This document shows positions 26,301 through 35,433 of a DNA stretch of 35,433 bases, piece by piece. Below the pieces are notes generated by a model. The model was given only the letters and a program-made list of their open reading frames with translations, had not been told where the DNA came from and made no database searches. Made by a program: the position numbers and the translations under genes. The stretch covers positions 1 through 35,433 of the forward strand of contig CAXNAD020000051.1 of assembly GCA_964200185.2 (NCBI GenBank). The letters are read 5' to 3'. The DNA comes from Choristocarpus tenellus KU-1152 (Eukaryota; Protista; Phaeophyceae). Numbering within the stretch: position 1 is the stretch's first letter; every line of letters starts with the position of its first letter.

Positions 26301-27961
26301 TGCTCGTGTGTTAATTACCATATATTACAGGTGTCCCAGAGATAGATTGCCTCAAGCATCAACTATAAGGACCCGATTTTCAAACTTCCCCTATTGGTGA
26401 CCCACTGTGACTGATTCTGGAACTAATTTCTCACCTTGAATCGCCAAATGATCTATCAAGTGTTTGGTAAACAAAATAATGCTTGCAGCACTATTTCGGT
26501 GCCTCGTGTGTTCCCAACATGCAAGATAGCTGAAATGGTAATTGTTGAACTACTTCAAGAAAAATGTAATCATTAAGCATCTTGAAACATACCGGTGGCA
26601 TATGAGCTAGGTATAATTCAAACCAAATATTGCTAAGATGTAAAAGCTTAATACCAATTTTCAATGACTAAACCTAGGATCCTTGGGGCCACAAATTTGC
26701 ACAAACATAAAATTAGGTCAATTGAATCACAATGACACGCCCTATACATCAAGTCATCAGACCTTAGAGGACTGGGCACAGGAGAGAAATATGTACAAAC
26801 ACCCTATACCCTCACCACACCTGAGTTATATGCTTGAAAAGGGACTATGTAGCACTCTACTAACCGTTAGGCAAATATATTTTATAGAAATACCCCAGTC
26901 AGATTATTCAATCCACACACATTCATGTCGAGCAGATTATTCTTTTGGAATTAATGGTGCCACTCTCGCACACCTGATAGAGCTGAGGACCATCGTAGTC
27001 GTAACCAGCGACTAGAAGGGACACACCAAATGGTCGCACTCCTCCACTCTGCGTGTACTCCTGCATCACACCTGCTGTCTCTCTAACAAGCTGCCCCACT
27101 GGTTGGATCTTCATCACTCAAACCCCCCCGGCCCCGCGCAAATAGAGACGGCATCAGGGAGAAGGGTACACGTTGCAGGATGTGAAACAAGCAACGCAAT
27201 AGCAAGGTCTGTAAGGGGTTTAAGTGCTAATTACACCAGCAAAACAAAATAGCTTTATCGACTCTAGCATGTGATTTCCTTTGCTGCTGCGATGAAGAAG
27301 ATGGAGAAAAAGAGGGACAGCCACTCGAGTAGAATGCGAACATCAGTTGGAAACAAAATGATGTATCAAGAGGTCTGGTGGGGCCCTCATGCTTAACTTT
27401 TACTCATTTATTGGGGATCTGTACATAGCTGTTTTCCATCTTCTTCAGGGTCTGCGGTACAATTACATTCTTTCCTATATAGAGTCAGCATACTTATGGT
27501 TTCCACTAACAACAATCCAGGAGTAGAAGAGTGTGCGCGCACCTCTCGGTAAATGCCATAGTACGACTGTGCCCGCTTGCGGCTCTTGCGTGCAAGCACC
27601 CGGTAATCCGGACCTAGTCCTGAATACACAAAACCCGCAGAAGGTGTGACAGCAGCGATCTTGGATACATCTTCAGAGTCCACCAGCACAGTTGGAAGTT
27701 TCTTTTCCGTCACGATCACCACACCGTTAGTTGCTTCATAAAGATCGACGCGACAGAATTGGGGCTCGTGATTAATATATGCATTTCACTTGAACAGGAT
27801 TGTAAACCATGGGGGACACAAAGGTTGAATGGCCGACCTTTGATTCCTAGACTGGTCTTTCCCTGCTGGACCGCGTTAAGAGCATACTCGATTTGCAACA
27901 GCTTTCCAGTGCGACTGAAAGTTGTCAAAGAGAAACTGTACGCTGCATCACCCCCTGACAT
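23306..27961 (-). CDS. PSMA2: 20S proteasome subunit alpha type-2; 6 exons, 237 aa
   Basis: Exons 27961-27838, 27733-27543, 27108-26974, 24535-24450, 24181-24085 and 23386-23306 total 714 nt. Motifs: [89 protein letters not shown]. Confidence 0.97.
23548..23586. repeat. (GGAGCA)n / GGA-rich microsatellite in proteasome alpha-2 intron 5
   Basis: ggaggagcaggagcaggagcaggagtagaaggaggaggaa. Confidence 0.8.
24085..24181 (-). CDS. PSMA2: Proteasome alpha-2 exon 5
   Basis: ctgcag|(R)[32 protein letters not shown]|GTGAGT. Confidence 0.95.
24450..24535 (-). CDS. PSMA2: Proteasome alpha-2 exon 4
   Basis: ccctcag|[28 protein letters not shown](R)|GTAAGA. Confidence 0.95.
26974..27108 (-). CDS. PSMA2: Proteasome alpha-2 exon 3
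   Basis: atgaag|[10 protein letters not shown]...GPQLYQ|GTGTGC. Confidence 0.93.
27543..27733 (-). CDS. PSMA2: Proteasome alpha-2 exon 2
   Basis: atgaag|CA ACT AAC GGT gives [12 protein letters not shown]...YYGIYRE; donor GAG|GTGCGC. Confidence 0.95.
27838..27961 (-). CDS. PSMA2: Proteasome alpha-2 exon 1
   Basis: [28 protein letters not shown]...LGIK; donor AAAG|GTCGGC, phase 1. Confidence 0.95.
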
Positions 27962-28205
27962 GGCAACGTAGGCGCCAACAAGGAAAACAACTAAAATCTA
28001 ACGGCAAAGGCTTGTATTGTCTCGTCTTGGGACTATCCTTTCACAACAACAAAAGTTTGATGATCGATTTCGGTGGAAGAAAAACGCCTCCCAATGCATA
28101 GCAGCCAATGACCATACACTCCACTCTTCTACCATCTTGTGTTGTTCGAAAGGTCGAGAACTTCCATAGGTACAGCTGGAGCTGACGGGAAAGACAAGTG
28201 AAGTC
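27962..28205. promoter_or_regulatory. Putative bidirectional promoter and 5' UTRs shared by proteasome alpha-2 and calreticulin
   Basis: 244 bp between divergent ATGs; CpG retained; two CCAAT boxes at 28091-28095 and 28105-28109. Confidence 0.75.
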
Positions 28206-28270
28206 ATGGGGAATGGAAGATTAGCCCTTGCACTTCCTCTACTTGCATTCGTGCAAGTGCCAGAACTCAG
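28206..28270 (+). CDS. CALR: Calreticulin exon 1 (signal peptide MGNGRLALALPLLAFVQVPEL)
   Basis: ATG plus hydrophobic core; donor CAG|GTATGG, phase 2. Confidence 0.85.
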
Positions 28271-29803
28271 GTATGGACGGATGGGTGACCATTGGTTTTA
28301 AACAAGTATCCAAGGATATGGCAGAAGCAAACCACATTACACAGAGCTAACTGCCTCCTTTGCATCCCCTGGGGAAAGTGAGGGTAAGATATACTTCCAG
28401 GAAAAATTCAATGATGAAGGCTGGAGTGATCGATGGTCTGTACCAAGCAAGTGGAAACCAGAAACAGAGCTCGGTCAGTGGAAATGGACTAGTGGGGAGT
28501 GGTTCGGTGGTGGCGAAGAGAATAAAGGGATCAAGACTAGTGAAGATTCTCGATTTTACGGACTCTCAGCTAAATTAGATTCGGAGTTCACAAACTCAGA
28601 AGATCTGATCATCCAACTCAGTATAAAGCATGAGCAGAAGATGGATTGTGGAGGGGCGTACATCAAACTGCTAGGAGATATTGACCAGGATGCTTTCGGA
28701 GGAGACACACCGTATCAGGTATTTCCACTCGCAGTGGTAGTTGGATAAGTTAACTCTTCTCCTCGACAGGAAGCTATGCTCTAAACACCGTTGTCTTGTC
28801 CCTCGTATTTTCAGATAATGTTCGGTCCTGATATGTGCGGCACCGTGAACTCTAAGACTCATGTGATTTTCAACTACCCTCCCAAAGATGAAAACCTCCT
28901 CGTGAAAGATGAGATCAAAATGGAAAGAGACCAGCTGTCGCACCTATACACGCTGCACGTCAAGGCCGACGGTACTTTCCAGGTGCAAGCTAGTGGTGTA
29001 TTGTGGATAAAGGTCTCTAGTGTGCATACACGATTCAGAATGATGCACACACAGCAGGCTAGGTTGACTCGACAGAACCCATTTGGCACTTTCTTGCAAT
29101 GCAAACATTTCGAGGTCCAAACTACCGTTGTTCATCCCATAATATCCCAATGCAACTGAAATTCGCAGCTCTTTTTTTATAATGACAGTGGATACAGAAC
29201 CAATTTCGGCACCTGTACTCAAGTGTTTACTGCTGCGCTGTAAAACAGGTGCTAATTGATCAGCAGAGCGTTCGTAGTGGAAGGCTGGAGGAAGGCTGGG
29301 ACTTCCTCCTTCCCAAGGAGATCAAGGACCCTGATCAGTCCAAACCCCTAGACTGGGTAGATGAGAAAAAGATCCCAGACCCTGAAGATTTCAAGCCTGA
29401 AGGCTACGATGATATCCCTTCTGAGATACCTGACCCTGCGGCAGAAAAGCCAGAGGATTGGGATGAGGAGGAGGATGGTGAATGGGAACCCCCAATGATC
29501 CGCAACCCTGAGTACAAGGGCGAATGGAAGCCCCGCATGATTGCCAATCCTGACTACAAGGGGTCTTGGGAGCATCCAATGATCCCTAATCCTGACTACA
29601 GCCCTGATGACAATTTGCACAGGCGCTGTAACCAGTGCACTTACATTGGTTTTGAGCTGTGGCAGGTTAAATCAGGAACTATATTTGATGATATTATCGT
29701 GACAGACTCCATGGATGAGGCACAGGTGTTTGCTGAAGAGTGGGCCTCCAGGAAAGATGCAGAAAAGGAAATGTTTGACAGGATTCAAGAGAAGAAAGCA
29801 GTG
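28206..29803 (+). CDS. CALR: Calreticulin, 5' part (4 exons); C-terminal acidic/ER-retention exon(s) not found in the window
   Basis: Exons 28206-28270, 28379-28718, 28815-28982 and 29249-29803. Signal peptide, then KIYFQEKF, KHEQKMDCGGAYIKL, IMFGPDMCG, P-domain repeats (IPDP..EKPEDWD, GEW.P.MI.NP.Y) and GFELWQVKSGTIFDDI. Ends at donor GTG|GTAAGA. Confidence 0.96.
28379..28718 (+). CDS. CALR: Calreticulin exon 2
   Basis: Branch-like gctaac at about 28346; acceptor gaaag|T GAG GGT AAG; ends GGDTPYQ|GTATTT. Confidence 0.92.
28815..28982 (+). CDS. CALR: Calreticulin exon 3
   Basis: ttttcag|IMFGPDMCG...ADGTFQ|GTGCAA. Confidence 0.95.
29249..29803 (+). CDS. CALR: Calreticulin exon 4 (P domain and start of C domain)
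   Basis: aacag|VLIDQQSVRSG...QEKKAV|GTAAGA. Confidence 0.95.
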
Positions 29804-32800
29804 GTAAGACTCTTCCATTTCGGCATATTCCCCTTTGTACTGAACCTGGCTGACATTGCCTACGCCCAAAACATATTTTACAACTTTTTTAATGCCAGGA
29901 TTCTTTAATGACAACATAGTCTTAGGTGCATAGGTACATGTCCAAATAATATCTAGATTTCTACCTTCGTTCAGGATAAGGACCTTATTTCTAGAGAGGC
30001 AAGTGTTCAGGTTGTGGTGCAAACTAAGTAATGCTCATGTCACAGGTAGAAGAATGGGTTCGTAGAGGTACACTTCTGAGTTTTTGAACCATGTCAACGT
30101 GCCAATGTTGTATAAATTGAAGGATGAACTATCTGAAATTGGGGATATTTTTTGTCTTCATTGTTGTTCAAATATTGATTTTATCTTATGTTAAACTGGT
30201 TGTATTATTGGCAACAGTCTGGGTTTCTTGCAGCTAGTTGGGTCTGAGTCAGCACACAAATTACGACATAGATGCCAATCTCCAAAGATGCACCAGTGTA
30301 CACTTGCAGAAAGTCTTGGCTACATATCCCCTTTGCAGAATGTGAACACATGACCTTGTCCTGATACTCCCTGTAAATGTTGTTGCCCTTTTCTTTTTGG
30401 CCTGATGACTGTAGGATGCAGCCAAGGACCCCAACGATGAGAATTGGGGAATGGATGATGACTTGTCTGACGAACACTATGAGCTTTGAGTTAGCTCTTC
30501 CATTGTGGGCACCAGACTTGGCTTGCTGCTCCTTTCACCATTGACACATGGAAATGTTCTTTCATAGTGTCCTCCAGACAGAGTGTGGCTGGCTGTCTTA
30601 TCTCTTGCAGTACCTTTTCTGAATTCCCTCATCTATCAGCAGTTGCCAGGACAAGGTGACTGCAAGTGTAGAAAACCTCAGAAACACAGTTGAGAGGTTG
30701 TGAAAACAGAGGATATTAATACAATTGGTCTAGCAGATTGTTTTGGAGTGTGTGGAAGGAAGGTCATTGGAACAGAAGAGGCTTATTGAAGCCTTGCTTT
30801 ATGGCAGTAATAAAGAATGTCAATAGGAACACTTTCCCTTGTTGGAAACTCACTTGTATCAGGAATAAACACTTCTTTAATATCTGTATGTCTCAAGATT
30901 TTTTCAGGCGTTACTTTCAATCATCAGTGGCGCTACGCCTATGCCCTCTTCAATGTCCATTATCCTATTGTATCTGGGGTTAAATTGTCAGGCACTTGAG
31001 TGAAGGAATCTTAGAGGGTATGGATTTTGCCTTGTTTGTCCATTTGGGGCTTGACTTCCCAAGGGGTTTTTATGACATTTTCCTACACCAAAATGTTTGG
31101 GAGTAGGTAAAACGTATGTTCAGAACAAGGACATTGGGGCTTCCTAACGAAAACAATATCCAACATTACATCAAAATCATCGCATTACATTTTTGCCCCC
31201 AAATGGATGCGACTCTACCCTCTTAGGATACTTTGACTCACTTACTCAACAGTATAGTTCACTGTTTCTGTTTTGCTTGAACTTTCATGCAGGATCCACT
31301 GATGCCAACCCCACTAGGTGGTCATTAAATTTTCTGTTTCTGATCAACTTGCTGCAAGTAGTGATCAGGAATGCACTCTTTACTGTACTAAGTATGGGAC
31401 TGGGGTGGAAAGAAAACTATCAACCACAATGGTAGGGGGTCTGGGTCTGAGCATACATTCCACAGGTCTTACTCAATTGGTAGAGCTGTGGTTCAGAGTC
31501 TTTGTACACATGTTGAAAGAGTTATCTACTCTTTTGCACTTAGGGCTGTTATCACGTGGGAGAAAGAATCTGCACAAAAGATAACTAAATGAACACCACA
31601 ATGAGGTCTATAGTCGTTGCAAGAAAGGGCCTCATGTGCAACAATTACATGATGATATCTGGAAAGAAATCATGGAACACAACAATTATTATTATTATAT
31701 GCAATCAGTCGTTGTGTGAAACCGGTTGTAGAACAAAGTTGAAGGAGCAGGAAGCGCTCACACAAGATCGATGTAGCACACAAAGACAGTACTCATGGTG
31801 TGCTACAGGGTATGTTGATGTGGAATGCTCCTCCTGCTACATTGTATTCCTGAGTACATGTACCGATAGTTGTGTCTACCACAGACCTTAGGACTCAAGG
31901 AGGGAAATCTTCCACATGGGGCATGAGACATGAAAAACTGTGTGGAGGACCTTACAAGTCGCCATTCCTTATTAATAGTTGTGAGACCAGTCCACACCTT
32001 GGAACTCATTCTGGGCTTGACTTTCAGCTCTACCACATGATTGTCTCCCCTGATGAGGCGAAATCCTTCAGGTATTGTAATCCCTCCTTTCATGTTATTC
32101 ATGCATCCCCCTGCAGTTAAGACGTCATTGAAAATTGCCATGTATTTGAGCTCGGCTGTGAGTTCAGGCAGACCTTGTATGCCTCAGAAAAGTATGCAAC
32201 CTGTTCCTCCTAGGTGAAGATTTTCATCCTCCCTCACTAGCGTAACCAATCTGGGGCAAAATAGGAGAAAAGGTAGGATAGTTAAAGGTAATGAGGTAAA
32301 TTACAAGGTGTAGGGTTGAGTGTGTGGTATGACAAGTGGGGATGGAAGCATGTATGTATGTATGAAAAGTTCATATGAAGGAGCACAAGCATTGCATGGT
32401 GACGTCACCACCAGGAGAGGAAGTATTAGGTACAGATGCCAAATAGAACAGTAAGAGGATAAAGAGATGGGAGACATGACACGGCCTGCCCACTCACCTG
32501 ACCCCAAGAAGAAAATTATGAAGAAATAGTAAGAAAAGATCCCCACTTTCAGGCTTAACACACACAATCAATCCTAAATGCATGACACAAAGCATCGGGA
32601 CATGAGGGAATGAGCCACGAGTCCGCTATTGCCATCTTGTGTGCTTGCATCAAGACAATAAATAAGGTTAAAATCTGGAATCAATAGCAGGTTGTGTTAA
32701 AATATGGAAGGTGGTAGAAGGGCTCACGGGCAGGTAGAAATAAAGAAACGGTGTTACAGAGTACAGGTGCCATACAGCGATATCATAAACTCCTGTATGA

Positions 32801-33146
32801 ACTTGATATAGGAGTTGTATTTTATCGAACTATCTGGGTGTATATGATTCTTGTGTTATTATAATACATTTTCTAAATCAATGGCAAACCACCCATGTCT
32901 TAACTGTTCCAGTCCAACTATTTTGATGAGAACTAGTGAATGATCAAAGTGAAAGGTCCTAAGAATTGTGGGTAATGTTCATCCTGGCATCATCTTCTGC
33001 CTGTAATATGATTAGCATCTTCGTCCAACATCACCCACATTAGGTAGAAGGGCTCTCTAGATCTTGGTTTTGCGACAGTGGAACATTCATTGAACAGCAT
33101 CATTAATATCATAAAAACAAGTGGAACACCATTCAGAACAGTAATG

Positions 33147-33318
33147 GCTCAAAGTATCCCGGGGGTGGCGGCTGTCCATTTGGAGCATTTTTTTTCATGT
33201 CGCAATCTTTAGGTGATTTGGTTGCATGTGTGGGATGGATAATGTAAGTACACTTTTCCTGATATGACCCAAATGTACATCCTGGGTAAACCCCCCCCCC
33301 CCCCCAGATACTTTGCGT
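33147..33318. mobile_element. MITE-like element, copy A (~172 bp), in the presumed calreticulin intron 4
   Basis: Terminal inverted repeats CTCAAAGTATCCCGGGGG ... CCCCCAGATACTTTGCG; flanked by near-duplicate CAGTAATG / CAGTGATG; a second copy lies at 35160-35338. Confidence 0.75.
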
Positions 33319-35159
33319 CAGTGATGACATGTTACACTTCCATGTGAAATACACTCTAAGTACTACCTACCGACTGTGGCGATATATACACTCGCCCAAA
33401 TGATATCCTCCCAGTGGACGACGGATCAGAGCAGGAGGTGGTCACCATTGGGTTTCTTGTGAAGAATGGTGCATCGCAAACAAATAAATACATGTAGGTC
33501 TGTTATTTATTCCAGTATGTCCCTTGGGTTAGGAAGGATTGTCTCAGCCAAAACTGGAGGAAGAGACGCAATTTGAAGTTGGGTTTCCAGGCTGTTCTGA
33601 AATCGGGATTTTGCAATTTTGTTTAGGTCGAAGTGGTAGTGTATTTGCATAATATATTATGAGATTCACAGCATAATCGGAAGGAAGCGATGGAATATCT
33701 GGATTTGCCATCACAGATCAAAGTCATCGCCACAATACAACAATTATAGAAGAAAGAGAACACAGCCTATTAAGACACCAAGAGACTTTACTGTATGTCA
33801 AGTCTGTCGATACGCAGTGTGATGGTTCCTGTTTCATTGCACTAACCTCTAGTAGTGTTATGGTACTGCAAAGCATGCATGATAAGCTGTTATCGAAGTA
33901 CTTTGGAGGCATTAAGCCGTAACACAACATTGTCTCGTAACATAATGTGGTCACACTACGTTTTGTGTTATAGTGTATTATTTGTTATGTTCAAATGGTA
34001 ACATATATGTTACGTATGTTTTGAACCGAAGTATAATTCAGCATTAACACAATGTTGTACTTCGTGACATATCTATCTTTTAGTCTGGAGTGCTATGGGC
34101 ACTACATACTGTTGAACTTAATGCATGTTTTGGACTGGAGTGTTAGAGACACTACATTGTGTTGCATACGTTTTCGTCGTCGATGTTATGCTGTCCAAGG
34201 TGTGAAGTATTTCTTTGAAGGTAGTCTGTTACACATACATGTTTATGCGAATGTTTATGTTTGAGTTTGAGTTTGCTTTTGTTTAAGCAAGAAGTCTTTT
34301 GACAACACCTTTTGTTGTGAGAACTTGATGCTGAGAGAAAGAGAGGTCTCCTATCGACAGTATGTTTAGAACATCCCGCGTTTGAGTTTTTCCCTTGAAT
34401 ATTATATCAGACGCGGATTGAGTGTTGTGGGGTGCAAGTGTCACTCTAACATACCTGTTGCTAAGGCAACCTTGGAAGGGGCGTTTTACCATCAGGTTTC
34501 CTCCTTCTGTGGATCCCCAATATTGAGAGTCGGCAGTGTCTTTCATTTCTTAACTGCTACGTTCTTTTTAGGGGAAGGAGAGGTGTTTACTCTCCTAGAC
34601 ATTATTTATCCAATTGCCTGAAGATATTATCGAAGTAACTATATGTTCTTCACAACAGGAAGGAGCATGCTTCAAACAACAGTTCTATAGTGGCCATTTG
34701 TAAAGAGGAACTACTGGGACTTTACCGATCAGGAGGTGATTGTAGTATGTGTTTGTTGGAGATTCGGGTTTCAATATTTCGTTCACCCCCTTGTAATGGT
34801 CATGACCACAATTTTTTTAATATCATTTGATCAAGCTGTTTAATAATACAATGTTCACAGTGAGTTATCCAGTGATACAAGGGTGCTTGGCGTAAGCATC
34901 TGCCTCATCCTTGAGCATTGGGGTCACTACATTATCATCCGAACTAAGTGAACTAACTCGATGTTGAAGCACAACTTGCTTCATAGTATTTTGTTGGGTA
35001 TCACCACATGGCCCTGAAGGTTGTTGACCTTGAGTTCTACCTTCTGCTCTGTCAGTCGTTCTTTTCACACAAACATCCACAAACATATCCATATCCATTT
35101 TTCGTGGATGATATTTTGTTACAGGGGAGGGCAAGACAAGCCAATAACATGATCCAAAT

Positions 35160-35338
35160 GCTCGATGTATCTGTGGGGGGTGAGAGGGGGTTTACACCAA
35201 GGTGTCCGTTCGGGACCTGACCAGGAGAAGTGCACTTACATTATCCATTCGACGCATGCAACAGAATCATCCAAAATCGGACATGGAAAAATGGGCCCCG
35301 AATGGACAGCCACCACCACCGCCCCAGATACTTTGAGG
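35160..35338. mobile_element. MITE-like element, copy B, inverted relative to copy A
   Basis: Reverse complement aligns over the full length with 33147-33318 (e.g. GGCTGTCCATT, ATGGATAATGTAAGT, GTAAACCCCC); ends CTCGATGTATCTG ... CCCCAGATACTTTGAG. Confidence 0.75.
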
Positions 35339-35433
35339 CAAATCAACCGAGTGGGGTAACACATACTTGTGTGAAGAACAAAGGGTACAGGTGCTGGAAT
35401 ATGTTGAGACACATGTTGCAGGTTGTACCTGAC

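Noticed and set aside
26326-26340. TACAGGTGTCCCA, resembling a Tc1/mariner TIR start
   Set aside because: No matching inverted end found nearby
32045-32085. Hammerhead ribozyme core CTGATGA-GGC-GAAA
   Set aside because: Stem II would have a 1-nt loop and no stem I partner follows the putative cleavage site
33133-35359. Two similar small ORFs sharing QEKCTYIIH
   Set aside because: Chance frames through the two MITE-like copies; the frame is not preserved across their indels

Overview
Intron-rich eukaryotic genomic DNA. The protein sequences look stramenopile, possibly a brown alga or close relative; this is inference. Three spliced housekeeping genes were reconstructed by hand with consistent GT-AG sites and frame phases. 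(1) A complete 7-exon, probably mitochondrial GrpE/Mge1 gene on the minus strand (15200->2277, about 272 aa). (2) A complete 6-exon 20S proteasome alpha-2 gene on the minus strand (27961->23306, 237 aa). (3) A calreticulin gene on the plus strand starting at 28206, head-to-head with the proteasome gene (244 bp between ATGs); its acidic/HDEL C-terminal exon(s) were not found in the window. The rest is long introns and intergenic DNA containing a decayed Tc1/mariner (DD39D-like) transposase at the left edge, two inverted copies of a ~175-bp MITE-like element, several minisatellites and unassignable degenerate sequence. CpG is strongly depleted except around the gene starts, and the repeats show CpG-type decay, which suggests historical CpG methylation. 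I found no convincing new multi-gene system. Most ORFs in the six-frame track are spurious or are exons running on into introns.
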